Source: an uncultured Planctomycetota bacterium
Lineage (GTDB): Bacteria > Planctomycetota > Planctomycetia > Isosphaerales > Isosphaeraceae
Assembly (NCBI GenBank): GCA_963845755.1
Contig: CAWJTV010000041.1
Coordinates: forward strand, 256,001 to 320,000
Direction of reading: 5' to 3'
Length of the DNA: 64,000 nt
The translations under genes and the position numbers were made by a program. Below the pieces are notes generated by a model. The model was given only the letters and a program-made list of their open reading frames with translations. It was not told the DNA's origin and searched no databases. Below, piece after piece: positions 44,878 to 54,458 of this stretch (position 1 is its first letter; each line of letters begins with the position of its first letter).

Positions 44878-46428
44878 TGAACTGGGACGGCCTGCGTGAG
44901 TGGCTCGACAACCCGATCCTCGTCAAGCACCTGCGGTCGCGACTCCGGCCGCAAGCCGTCCTCTCGGCGCTGGTGGTGGTCCTCGTCCTTTGCCTCTGCA
45001 TCGCCTACGCTGGCTACGAGCTCGACATGTTTATCTCCGGCGGAGCGGCCGGGTGGTTGCTGTGCCTCCAGGTCATCATCCTGATCATCATGGGAGCGTC
45101 GCAGGTCAACGCGTCGGTCAACGGCGCGGCGCGCCTCCGGCATCCTCGACTTCCATCGCGTCACGCCGATGACGCCCACCGAGCTGACGTTCGGCTTCTT
45201 CTTCGGCGCGCCGATCCGGGAGTATCTGCTCTTCGCCGCGACCCTCCCCTTCCTGCTCATCTGCATGGCCTTCGGCGTCCCCAGCCCCCGCGCGGCGATC
45301 CAACTGATGATCCTCCTGATCACGACCGGCTGGTGCTTCCAGGGGATCGCGCTCTTGAACGGCCTCATCTCGAGATCCAGGACCGCCACCGGCAACGTCA
45401 TCGGTATCGTAATCATATTGATGTTTTTGTTCGTAAATATGGCAATAGGCGGCCGATGGTTTTCGATCAACCTGGCCGAGGGCGATCAGCGATTGAGCTT
45501 CTACGGCGTCTCGCTCCCCTGGATGCCGGTGATCCTGATCTACCAGCTCCCGTTCCTGTTCTTCATCCTGCTGGCGTGCTGCCGGAAGATGCAATCGGCG
45601 CGGCTCCATCCGCTCTCGAAGCCCCAGGCGATCGTCGCCATGGTGACGTTCGCAGCCCTGGTGCTGGGAGGGATCTGGCGACAGGAAGACTACGAGTATC
45701 GGGAGATCGTCGCCCTGTACATGCTCGCGATCCCGGCGATCTTGCTGACCATGATGGTCACGCCCAATCAGGCCGAATACTACAAGGGCCTGTGGCGGGC
45801 CCAGAAGCTCGGCGCAACCGGCTCCCGTGGTGGGACGACCTGTCGGTGAACTGGGTCGCGCTGGCGCTCATCGCGGGCATCGTGCTGGCTGTCGGCACGA
45901 TCGCCGGGACGTTTCCGGGAGTCACTTCGCCGGCCTACGGGCGATCGTGGGGATCGTATCCCCTGGCGCTGGCGACGGCGGTCCTGGTCGTCAGCTATTT
46001 CGGCCTGGCATTGCAGTACTTCTTGCTCCGATTCGCGGGGCGGGGCACGACCTACTTCGGCCTCTTCCTGTTCCTGACCTGGGCCTTGCCGATGGTTGCC
46101 GGCACGATCCACGGGTGGGCCTCGGGACCAATGCGGACGAGTGAGGCGGGGTATCCTTTCTACGCCTTGAGCCCGATCGCAGGGATCGGGATGGTTGCGA
46201 CCATCGGCGATGAGGGCTTCGCCACGGCCATCCAGTCCTCCGCCATCACGCCGGCCCTGCTGTTCACCTTCGTCTTCCAATACCTCCTGCTCGGCGGCAG
46301 AGCGCGTGATCAAGGCGGTCTACCTCGCGGCGGCGAACCTCGAGCCGCCGCCCGTGGCAGCCACGCCGTTCGATCCGGTCCTACACGACAAGAGCCAGGA
46401 ACCCGCGCGTGAGGAACCGGTCGTCTGA
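44877..46428 (+). CDS. ABC-2-type permease-like polytopic membrane protein; frameshifts near 45133, 45815 and 46300
   Basis: DNPILVKHLRSRLR N-terminus, many TM helices across the joined ORFs, start overlaps the ATPase stop. Confidence 0.75.
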
Positions 46429-46459
46429 GAACGGCGAATTGCGCCCGAGTCCGGTCGGA

Positions 46460-46883
46460 TCAACGCTTCGCCCTTGCCGGGAGCTTCCTTGCTGAACGGA
46501 GCGCAACCGCCGCGCAGCCGACCGCCAGCAAGATCACGCTCGAGGGCTCGGGTATGGAGGAAGTGGCGATGGTGATCGATCCCGCTTGAGTCGTCAAGGA
46601 GACGCCGGCGCCGGTAGAGTCCGAGAGCGATGGATCCGGGCCGATCCCCAGTGTGCCGCTCGTGCCGGCAACTGCGCCAGAGGCGACCGTGTACTGGACG
46701 TTCAACAGGCCGAAAACATCACCCACATTGATCGTCTGAGAACCGGAGGGATACAGAAAGTCAAAAACCTCAACGTCATTGCTCGACACATTAATATTAA
46801 ACGTAGATCCATTGAGGCTTGCCGAGTTTGCGCCGTAGAGGTAAGGCGTGACCTTTGCAATCGAAATTCCGGTGAACGACACG
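46460..46883 (-). pseudogene. 5'-truncated PEP-CTERM protein gene
   Basis: C-terminal IPEPSSVILLAVGCAAVALRSARK; no signal peptide; protein-like sequence stops at the edge of a palindromic element. Confidence 0.7.
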
Positions 46884-46990
46884 CTAAATGACTTTGCACG
46901 ATCCGGGGAGGGCGAGCCTCCGTGCGAGCCGATATTCATCAGGGGCTCGGACGGAGCCTCGCCCTCCCGGAATCACGCAAGGCCATTTAG
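46884..46990. repeat. About 107-bp MITE/REPIN-like inverted-repeat element
   Basis: CTAAATGACTTTGCACGATCCGGGGAGGGCGAGCCTCCGTGCGAGCC ... GGCTCGGACGGAGCCTCGCCCTCCCGGAATCACGCAAGGCCATTTAG. Confidence 0.8.
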
Positions 46991-47066
46991 AGCGCTTTAC
47001 GGTTGCATTGCGCACGTCTCCGGCGAGAGCGATCGAGCCCCACCCGAAGCCTTGGGGACGTCCTGC

Positions 47067-47256
47067 GGCGGCCTGAAGGGCCGCAGCAACCCAGCCTGGG
47101 GTGAAACCCCAGGACTCATGCGCCCTGCGCCCTTCTTGTGCACCCTGACGGGTGCCGGAGGGATCTCCTGCGGCCCTTCAGGCCGCCCGAGACGTGGGCG
47201 TGCCGTGGACCCCGGGTTTCACCCGGGGCTCGGCTCCCGCGGCCCTTCAGGCCGCC
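47067..47256. repeat. Composite REP-like element (GCCTGAAGGGC / CCTGGGGTGAAACCCCAGG type)
   Basis: Terminal inverted GGCGGCCTGAAGGGCCGC / GCGGCCCTTCAGGCCGCC, internal hairpins CCTGGGGTGAAACCCCAGG and CCCGGGTTTCACCCGGG. Confidence 0.75.
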
Positions 47257-47326
47257 GGAGATCGGCTGTTCTTGTGCGCAACCCATCTGTTAAGCGCTCC
47301 AAGATGTGAACGGCTACCCGCCGATT

Positions 47327-50254
47327 TCACGCGCCGACCGTCACCCGGCGGTTGCGGTGCAGCGAGTGATCGACGGCCGTTGACATCCTGGTGAAATCCA
47401 GCTCTCCGCCGGCGAATCGGTTTAACACATTCGCGGCCGCCAGGGGATCGCGAATGACGTCTCCATGCCGAATTCGCAATAAAGACACATCTTCCCGATG
47501 ACTCAACAGGCCCACGGTCTGGGCGATCAGGCGGTCGTATTCGCGGCGGAGGCGGTCGCGACGTTCGGGGGTGTCCTCGATCGATTCGCCGCGCCGGGCG
47601 ATCATTTTCGCTTGCGAGGCGAGGATCTCGTTGCAGTCGCGTTCGATCAGGACGACCCGGTAGTTGCAGCCGGGCGGGAGATGGCAGACGAGCGGGACGA
47701 CGACTTTCAACGCCTTGCCGCGCGCCTCGGTCAGCCAGCCTTGGTCGCGGAACATCGCCTTCACGGCTTCGTGTTCGAAGTAGCCCCTGGGGTTGTCCTC
47801 GTCGGCCTCGCGGAGCGTATCGGTGAGGATCGGCATCCCACCGGCGTGAAGCATTTGCATCACCATCGATGTGCCCGAACGCGGCAGGCCGCTCACGATC
47901 AAGACGTCGTCGCCCAGCGGCGGGAGGGGGGCGTCGAGGTGCGTGGGGATGAGGACAGGCGCGGGCGCGGCAGTCTCGGCCAGCTTCCCAGCCGCCACCC
48001 GCCAACCGCCGCCCACCACCCGCGCGGAGGGTTTCTCCGGCCGGTGGCGATGCATCTCGCGATACCAATGGAAATGCTCGGCCGCAGTCTCGGGGTCGTT
48101 GAGCCGGAACTTGAGCATTCGGGCGAGCATCAGATGGGCTTGGGGGAAGTGCGGGTTCTGCGACAGCGCGGTTCGGAAGCAGTCGGCCGCTCGGGCGTAT
48201 TCGCGGAGGCCCACCAACGCGACGCCCTGGAGGAAGTGGGCCATCGGCGAGAAATAGAGCCGGCCCAACGCCTCGCCGGCGGCGTCCGCGGCGCGCTGGT
48301 ACTCGCGGCGACGCAGGGCCAGCCGGGCGATGCCGAGATGGGCCTGGGTGTTGTCGGGGTCGATCGCCAGGGCTCGGTTGTAGACCGTCTCCGACTCGGG
48401 CAGCCGACGCAGCCGGAGCAGCAGGTCGGCGGTCTGGAGCAGGATCGACGGGCCGATGGTTTGCGTCGTGCCGAGGCGCTCGAGGATCTCCAGCGCGGGG
48501 AGCACGTGCTGCTCGGCCGCGAGCGATTGAGCCTGGAGCAGATCGGTGATCGCCGGGTGATACCGCTTGAGCCTCTGCGTTTTCTCGAGCTCCTTGCGCT
48601 CGTCGGGCTGGAGCAGGAACTCGCGCGGCTTATCGGGCTGCGCGTACGGGTTGAGCTCGTACTGAATCTCCTCGTCGCATTCCCGCGGGTCGGGCGTCTC
48701 ACCGGCGGCGGCCTTTTTCTCCTCATAGCGATGTTTCACCAGGTCGCGAAATTCAGCCATCCGCTCGAGGGCGGCCCGGAACAGCTCACGACGGCGACCG
48801 GCCATGTCGTCCACGATCTCGCGCATCTCCGCGACGTGGCCGAGGGCCTGGCACGAGAGGAAGCGTTTCAAGGCATAGCGCTGGTTGTCGGGATTGCGGT
48901 GGCAGAGATCGCGGGCGATCTCGAGCGCTTCGGCGTGCCGGTTGCCGTCCTGGTACGCTTCCAGCAGATTGAGACGCAGCTCATCGACCGTGTGCGCAAT
49001 GTATTCTTCGATGTTTTCGCCTGGCTTCTCGACATATCCGAGTGCGACGAGCTGTTCCATCGCCTCGGCGGCGGCGACGGGGTCGAGCCGGGTGTGAGGC
49101 GGGTGGCGGCCGTCGTTGCCGGGCACGTCGTCCCAGGTGGGAATCGTGCGGACCTCCGGTGGATTCTCGAACGCCGCCGTGATGACGTCGCCGTCCATAT
49201 CTTCGCCGACCGGCAGGTCGTAGAGCGTCAATACGGTGGGGGTGAGGTCGAGCACGTTCACGCCAAAGAGGGGTTCATCCTGCTTGATGCCGGGGCCGGC
49301 GATGACGAAGATGCCGTACGGGCTATGTTCGAAGGCGGGGCCGGCCGGGAAATCCGGAATGGCGCGGGGGCGGAGGTGGTCGGGGTGGAACCCGTGGTCC
49401 GACATGAGGATCACGGTCGTGTCGTCGGGCACCTTGCTCAGGAGGGTACCCAGCATCTGGTCGTGGAATTGATAGGCGGTCGTAACAACCTGGGAGTACC
49501 GCTCGAAATCGTCCTCGCTAACCCACTCCTGTCGCGGAGGGTGATACCGCATGAAGCCGTGGCAGAAGTGGTCGATCGCGTCGTAATAGACCGCGAAGAA
49601 GTCCCAGGGCTGATTGTCGAGCAGCCAGGTGGCGGCGGAGTGGATGCTCACGCATTCGGCGATCGTCTGGCCCAGACTGGAGAACCGCCGGTCCTTGACT
49701 TGATCGACCTTTTCGAGATGGGGAACGAACGGGACCATCATCGGGCCGAGCAGCTCTTGAGGATGCATGCGACACTCGGCCAGCGCCTCTTGTAATTCGG
49801 GCGGGTGGACGGTATTGGGCAACATCGGCCAGCCCTGGTCGATCGGCCGATGGGCTTTATGGTAGTGGTCCGACACCATCACGCCGTTGATCGGCTCGGC
49901 GGGATGGCTGGGCCACCAGCCGATGACGATGCTGCGATAATCGTTCTGGTTGAGGATGTTCCAGACGGTCTTGGTCGTGCGCGAGAGATTGGTGATCGGC
50001 CGGACGCCGCGGCCGTCGGGCGTGGGTTCGGAGAAGCCGTGAATGCCGTGCTTGAACGGACGCTTGCCGGTGGCGATCGACGTCCAGAGCATGGGCGAAA
50101 GCGGCGGGTGCAACGTGGCGCAGCGGCCCATGGCCCCGCGTTCCACCAGGTTTTGCAGATGCGGCATCTGGCCGGCATCCATCAAGGGATGAATCGCTTT
50201 CCAATCGGCGGCGTCCCAGCCAATGAACAGGACTTTTTTCTTGCTGGTCTTCAC
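47327..50254 (-). CDS. Alkaline-phosphatase-superfamily (NPP-like) + TPR + sulfotransferase fusion protein
   Basis: IGWDAADW, SPMLWTSIATG, DHFCH, MSDHGF; TPR helices; PAPS loop IVSGLPRSGTSMVMQML and DEDNPRGYFE; GTG start at 50254. Confidence 0.88.
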   Translation of the reverse strand: MKTSKKKVLFIGWDAADWKAIHPLMDAGQMPHLQNLVERGAMGRCATLHPPLSPMLWTSIATGKRPFKHGIHGFSEPTPDGRGVRPITNLSRTTKTVWNILNQNDYRSIVIGWWPSHPAEPINGVMVSDHYHKAHRPIDQGWPMLPNTVHPPELQEALAECRMHPQELLGPMMVPFVPHLEKVDQVKDRRFSSLGQTIAECVSIHSAATWLLDNQPWDFFAVYYDAIDHFCHGFMRYHPPRQEWVSEDDFERYSQVVTTAYQFHDQMLGTLLSKVPDDTTVILMSDHGFHPDHLRPRAIPDFPAGPAFEHSPYGIFVIAGPGIKQDEPLFGVNVLDLTPTVLTLYDLPVGEDMDGDVITAAFENPPEVRTIPTWDDVPGNDGRHPPHTRLDPVAAAEAMEQLVALGYVEKPGENIEEYIAHTVDELRLNLLEAYQDGNRHAEALEIARDLCHRNPDNQRYALKRFLSCQALGHVAEMREIVDDMAGRRRELFRAALERMAEFRDLVKHRYEEKKAAAGETPDPRECDEEIQYELNPYAQPDKPREFLLQPDERKELEKTQRLKRYHPAITDLLQAQSLAAEQHVLPALEILERLGTTQTIGPSILLQTADLLLRLRRLPESETVYNRALAIDPDNTQAHLGIARLALRRREYQRAADAAGEALGRLYFSPMAHFLQGVALVGLREYARAADCFRTALSQNPHFPQAHLMLARMLKFRLNDPETAAEHFHWYREMHRHRPEKPSARVVGGGWRVAAGKLAETAAPAPVLIPTHLDAPLPPLGDDVLIVSGLPRSGTSMVMQMLHAGGMPILTDTLREADEDNPRGYFEHEAVKAMFRDQGWLTEARGKALKVVVPLVCHLPPGCNYRVVLIERDCNEILASQAKMIARRGESIEDTPERRDRLRREYDRLIAQTVGLLSHREDVSLLRIRHGDVIRDPLAAANVLNRFAGGELDFTRMSTAVDHSLHRNRRVTVGA

Positions 50255-50323
50255 GGGGGCACCTGAATGGGGCGAGCAGCGCGGCCTTCGGCCGCGAGTG
50301 GCAAGTGATAAGTGATAAGGTGA

Positions 50324-50450
50324 ACCCAGGGTGCGCCTTCGGCGACCCTGGGCTTTGATGTGCAACCCCATTGGGGTACGGCCACGTCGGCTCCTTACGC
50401 CAACGGCGTTATACAGCAGAGCCCAGGGTCGCCGGAGGCGCACCCTGGGT
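50324..50450. repeat. REP-like inverted doublet (CCCAGGGT...ACCCTGGG type)
   Basis: ACCCAGGGTGCGCCTTCGGCGACCCTGGGCT ... AGCCCAGGGTCGCCGGAGGCGCACCCTGGGT. Confidence 0.8.
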
Positions 50451-50512
50451 CTGGGGGCCCCAAAAGACCCCCTACCCCACCAGGGTTGCCCAACAGCGAG
50501 TCGTAGCTTGTC

Positions 50513-50656
50513 GGGTGGGTTGAGCCGCGATTTCAATCGTGGCGTTAGCCCACCGGCACAAGAAGCGTTGGAGCCCACCGGCACAGCAACCCGGCAGGTC
50601 CGCCGACAGCCTGGAGACGGTGGGCCAGCGCCGCGATGCGGCTCGACCCACCCTAC
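50513..50656. repeat. GTAG-type REP inverted doublet
   Basis: GGGTGGGTTGAGCCGC ... GCGGCTCGACCCACCCTAC, with inner CCCACC/GGTGGG arms. Confidence 0.7.
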
Positions 50657-50672
50657 AGGCTGGGACAGGTTC

Positions 50673-51383
50673 TTACTCGGCAACCTTCGCCCTGGTCCTG
50701 GCGCGGCGGAGCGCGGCCAGGCCGACCGAGCCGGTGGCCAGCAGGCCCAGGGCCAGCGAGCTGGGCTCGGGGATCGCGCCGCTGCTCGTTTGTCCGGCGT
50801 AGATCGAGCCGCCAGACACGTCGTTGTACGCCCAGCCGAGGACTGTGATCTCGTTCGGATAGCCGGTACTGCCCGTGTCGGACACCTGGACCTTAATCCA
50901 CCCGAGGTCGCCGTTGGGAGCCTTGAAACCGACGTATCCCGTCACGACTCCTGGACCGAACGAGCCGTGGACAGCGCCGTTGTTGTTGGTCTGTACCGTC
51001 GCGTTGATTTTCGAGGCCAACACGTGAATCGGATTGCCAAACGAGTATTTCTTGGCGGCATTCCCACTCGCATTCTGGGCGAATCCCAGGGCCTTGCTGG
51101 CCGTCACGTGGGTGAAGCCGACGTATCCTTTGGCTGCGCCGCCACCGGCAAACAGCGATTCCTTGAATCCCCCTATGGTGATGAGCTTCGACTTGAATGT
51201 GGTAACGCCCAACGGTCGAGAAAGGGACTCGCTGATGGGTCCGCTGTAGACGATCCCGGCATCGGCGTTGGTGCCGGCGGCCAGCGAGGCGCCCCCGACC
51301 GCGGCGAACGTCCGCCACTTGCCGAGGTGCGCCCTCCATGAGGCGCTCTTCCCGTCGAGGACAAGGCGGGTTTTCGGGTTCAT
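50673..51383 (-). CDS. PEP-CTERM sorting-domain protein
   Basis: AAGGAG RBS, signal peptide ending NADA-GIVYSG, C-terminal IPEPSSLALGLLATGSVGLAALRRAR. Confidence 0.9.
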   Translation of the reverse strand: MNPKTRLVLDGKSASWRAHLGKWRTFAAVGGASLAAGTNADAGIVYSGPISESLSRPLGVTTFKSKLITIGGFKESLFAGGGAAKGYVGFTHVTASKALGFAQNASGNAAKKYSFGNPIHVLASKINATVQTNNNGAVHGSFGPGVVTGYVGFKAPNGDLGWIKVQVSDTGSTGYPNEITVLGWAYNDVSGGSIYAGQTSSGAIPEPSSLALGLLATGSVGLAALRRARTRAKVAE

Positions 51384-51478
51384 CGAATCGCGTTCTCCTT
51401 TTTTGGCTCACCACCGAGTGAACGGGTCAGGCAGGAGGGATTGCTCGTCGCCGAACGATTCCGAGGCAGCAGGCTACG

Positions 51479-51507
51479 ATTCCAGCAGGCCCAGACAGTC
51501 GTGTCAA
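51479..51507 (-). promoter_or_regulatory. Candidate sigma70 promoter for the PEP-CTERM gene
   Basis: TTGACA-17 nt-TGGAAT on the minus strand. Confidence 0.45.
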
Positions 51508-51743
51508 GTGTCTGCATTCTTGACTGCACGGGATAGCGGGATCACGTTTCCTAATCTCACCATTCGCGACCGCAGTTATTTACGTAGCTACATCATTCGG
51601 GGACACGTCCTCCGCGTGGCGGAAGCCGCCGCCCCGCGATGAACCCGGGCGGTCACGCCGGGCGTAGCGGCTTCACGCGGCGGCGTTCACTTACCCTCGA
51701 GGAGCTGGGAAATCCGAATTCGCGGCAGGTAAGGACGGTCCAC

Positions 51744-51975
51744 TCACTGCGCGGCGTCGGCTTTGGCGCGGCGGAGCGCGGCCAGGCCGACCAGGGCGAC
51801 CGGCCCGACGAACCCGAGCCCGCGCAGGTAGCCTGGCAGGCTGCAAACGACCTCGTGCCGGAACGAGTCGAGGTCGACCCGCCACAGCTTCCCCGCGCCC
51901 GAGTTGAGCACCCAGAGCCAGCCGTCGTGGAGGCGGGGCGAATGCGGCATACTCAGCCCGCGCAGGACGACCTCT
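51744..51975 (-). pseudogene. Internal fragment of a TIGR03032/DUF4915 family gene joined to a PEP-CTERM-like tail
   Basis: EVVLRGLSMPHSPRLHDGWLWVLNSGAG...LPGYLRGLGFVGPVALVGL; no start codon, N- and C-terminal parts missing. Confidence 0.75.
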
Positions 51976-52497
51976 CTAAGACCTGGTAGGAAAGACACCC
52001 ACGAGGGCGATGATGTAGTTCAGCACGAGGTACGGCTGCTGGTTCTCATGGGGTTGATTGCCGCCGGCGGGCGAGGTTGCCGCCGCGGACATCGCACCCG
52101 GCGGCGTCAACGTGCCGAAGGGTTGGTCGTTCGGCGGTTTGGCCCAGTCGGTCCCTGCGGGCGAATTGTTGTCGCCGCCCCGCCCGAAGGCGAGCGCGCC
52201 ATGAGTATGTGCGGCCAGCTGACTCGCAGTCAGCGTGACTGACGCCGTGCCGCCGGTCTGGCCCAGGACGTAAGGGCTCAAGCCCGCCCCCACGCCCGCG
52301 CCGATCGCCGCGGACCCCTGGAGGTTCGGGAGGCCGAAGGTTGTCGTCCCGTTCCCTCCGAACTGAGTGCCCAGCAGCGAGAACAGCGCCGTGTTCTGGG
52401 CGATCGGCAGGATCTGACCGTTACAGAACGCCCACCCCTGGGGGGCGAAGTTATACGGGACCGGAATCACCTGCCCTATGAACGGAGTTGCCGGCAT
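51976..52497 (-). CDS. Phage tail-collar domain protein (MdpB/microcystin-dependent type), copy 3
   Basis: FIGQV, NFAPQGWAFCNGQILPIAQNTALFSLLGT.FGG.G.TTFGLPNLQG, HTH (HxH), HENQQPYLVLNYIIALVGVFP. Confidence 0.92.
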   Translation of the reverse strand: MPATPFIGQVIPVPYNFAPQGWAFCNGQILPIAQNTALFSLLGTQFGGNGTTTFGLPNLQGSAAIGAGVGAGLSPYVLGQTGGTASVTLTASQLAAHTHGALAFGRGGDNNSPAGTDWAKPPNDQPFGTLTPPGAMSAAATSPAGGNQPHENQQPYLVLNYIIALVGVFPTRS

Positions 52498-52702
52498 CGG
52501 ATCATCTCCTGGTTTCTGAATCGTGGTTTCCAAAGGGGGGCTCGTTCCGAGTCCCCGAGGCGCTTGTCCTGGTCTTGAGAGAGCCACGTCACATGAAGTT
52601 ACTATCATGTCGTCACAGATCGACCCGGGTGCTGCCTCTCGATGGTCGGGTCGGCCATGGCTTCTGGAACGAATCCCGATCGGGGTGCGATTGCGGTGCG
52701 GA

Positions 52703-53224
52703 TCAGCTCCTCGATGGGAAGATCCCCTCCAGGGCGATGATGTAGTTGAGTGCCTGGTAAGGCATGATGTTGGGATGCGGTTGATTCCCACCCGCCGATC
52801 CGATGGCATTCGGGGCCATGGTGCCCGCGCCGAGCTCGGCTTTGTAGGGCTTGTCCTTGGAGGCCTGCGCCCAGATGCCGTTGACCGGCGTTTGGCTGTT
52901 GCTCCCTCCAGTGAAGCACAGCGCCTGGTGCGTATGACCGGGGAGCTGGTTGCTGTTGAGCGTCACGCTCTCGGAGCCGCCGATTTGTCCGATAGCGTAA
53001 TTGCTCAGGCCGGTCCCTTGACCCTGGTGGAGGGCGATGCGACTCTGCAAGTTCGGCAGGGCGAAGGTGCTTACCCCGTCGCCTCCATAGGTCGTGCCGA
53101 TCAAACTGAACAGCGCGGCATACTGGGAGATGGGCAGGAGTTGACCGTTGCACACTGCCCAGCCGACCGGCGCAAAGTTGAATGCAACCGTGGTGATCTG
53201 ACCGACAAAGGGGTCCACTGTCAT
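52703..53224 (-). CDS. Phage tail-collar domain protein (MdpB type), copy 2
   Basis: AAGGAG RBS; same motifs as copy 3; HTH (HxH); HPNIMPYQALNYIIALEGIFPSRS. Confidence 0.92.
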   Translation of the reverse strand: MTVDPFVGQITTVAFNFAPVGWAVCNGQLLPISQYAALFSLIGTTYGGDGVSTFALPNLQSRIALHQGQGTGLSNYAIGQIGGSESVTLNSNQLPGHTHQALCFTGGSNSQTPVNGIWAQASKDKPYKAELGAGTMAPNAIGSAGGNQPHPNIMPYQALNYIIALEGIFPSRS

Positions 53225-53274
53225 GCTCCTTCCCATCGTGCTCGCGGGGGCATCCGCGGCGGGATGATCGTTCG

Positions 53275-53784
53275 TTAGTTGCGAGAAGGGAATATGCCTT
53301 GAAGCGCGATGATGAAATTGACGACCAGGTACGGCTGAAGGTTGGAATGAGGCTGGGAGCCTCCATTCGGCGTGATCAAGCCGGTGAGCATCGACCCGTT
53401 GGGATTGGACCCGGTCTGGTAGAGCGTCTCATTGAAGGTCGATCCGGCCCAGACCTGACTGGCCGGCTCTCCGGTGGTGCCGGCTTGCGTGGAGCACACC
53501 GGAGGGTGCGAATGGGCGGCGATCTGGTTGATATTCAGAGTCACATTCTCGAGGCCGGCCGCGCTGCCCAGAGGGTAGCTCGAGCTGCTATGGACGGCGA
53601 CCCGGCTCTGCAGGTTGGGCAGCGCGAAAGTACTTATTCCATCGCCGCCAAAGGTCGTCCCCAGCAGCGAAAAGAGGGCTGTATTTTGGTTGATCTGGAG
53701 GATCTGTCCGTTGCACAACGCCCATCCTCTTGGGGCAAAGTTGAATGCGACCGGGGTGATTTCCCCGAGGTAAGGTTCTGCCAT
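53275..53784 (-). CDS. Phage tail-collar domain protein (MdpB type), copy 1
   Basis: GAGGT RBS; MAEPYLGEI, same motifs; HSH; HSNLQPYLVVNFIIALQGIFPSRN. Confidence 0.92.
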   Translation of the reverse strand: MAEPYLGEITPVAFNFAPRGWALCNGQILQINQNTALFSLLGTTFGGDGISTFALPNLQSRVAVHSSSSYPLGSAAGLENVTLNINQIAAHSHPPVCSTQAGTTGEPASQVWAGSTFNETLYQTGSNPNGSMLTGLITPNGGSQPHSNLQPYLVVNFIIALQGIFPSRN

Positions 53785-53871
53785 GGTGATCACCTCGCGA
53801 TGTCCACTGACCTGGGAGAGAAGATGCCGCCGCACGACTCCGCAATCGGTCCGAGCCAGCCCGAACGGCGA

Positions 53872-54186
53872 TCAGTTGAAGATGGCCTGATAGTGCAAGC
53901 CCTGCGGGTCCCCTTCGGGCCCGAGGGGCACCAGGAAGATCCCCAGGGTGCCCCGCGTAGGGTGCTCGATCGGATAGATCTGCTGGGGGAGCGAGCGGTC
54001 GAGCGGGCCACGGAAGATCAGGGAAAACGCCTGCGACCGGATGCCGGATGAGGCCGGCGCATGGCTCTCGCCGATCGCCGTGGCGTCGATCAATTCCAGA
54101 TCGAGCACGTCTCCCGAGTCCAACGAGAACCGGAACGTGCTATTCACGTGGTCAACGAAGTCGGAAACGGTCAACTGATCCAGCAT
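53872..54186 (-). CDS. DUF6916-like small protein
   Basis: LDLELI, FSLIFRGP, LPQQIY, HPTRGTLGIFLVPLGP, YQAIFN; in my recollection this family accompanies tail-collar triplets. Confidence 0.75.
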   Translation of the reverse strand: MLDQLTVSDFVDHVNSTFRFSLDSGDVLDLELIDATAIGESHAPASSGIRSQAFSLIFRGPLDRSLPQQIYPIEHPTRGTLGIFLVPLGPEGDPQGLHYQAIFN

Positions 54187-54312
54187 GAATCACCCTGCGG
54201 CCTCGGGTCGTGGAGGAGTCTGCAGAGGTTCCGGTTCGTAACTGAGAAAAGCATTCGACCTGCTCCCTGCGCTATTGGGAACGGTCTTGCTCCTCGCCGT
54301 TCTGACTCGCAT

Positions 54313-54341
54313 AGTTAATAGCACCTGGAACCGGCTGTCAA
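54313..54341 (-). promoter_or_regulatory. Candidate sigma70 promoter for the DUF6916/tail-collar operon
   Basis: TTGACA-17 nt-TTAACT on the minus strand. Confidence 0.55.
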
Positions 54342-54458
54342 GGATCCACGCCAAATTGAGAAACTTCGTCTGAAAAGGTCGAACTGGATCAGCTTCGTGC
54401 CGGCCGTCAATCCGACGACATCAGCGGCATCATGGAGTTGCGATCGGAGGGTACTGCC

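Noticed and set aside
47990..48025. Short CCACC/CCGCC-rich repeat inside the AlkP-sulfotransferase linker
   Set aside because: Too short and degenerate to distinguish from GC-rich linker sequence.
50255..50683. N-terminal 143 aa of the 1118-aa ORF
   Set aside because: This is read-through across REP palindromes; recognisable protein starts at GTG 50254.
51976..53784. Prophage or tailocin suggested by the tail-collar genes
   Set aside because: No capsid, terminase, sheath, tube, baseplate, lysis or integrase genes; the context is the cellular MdpB-type cluster.
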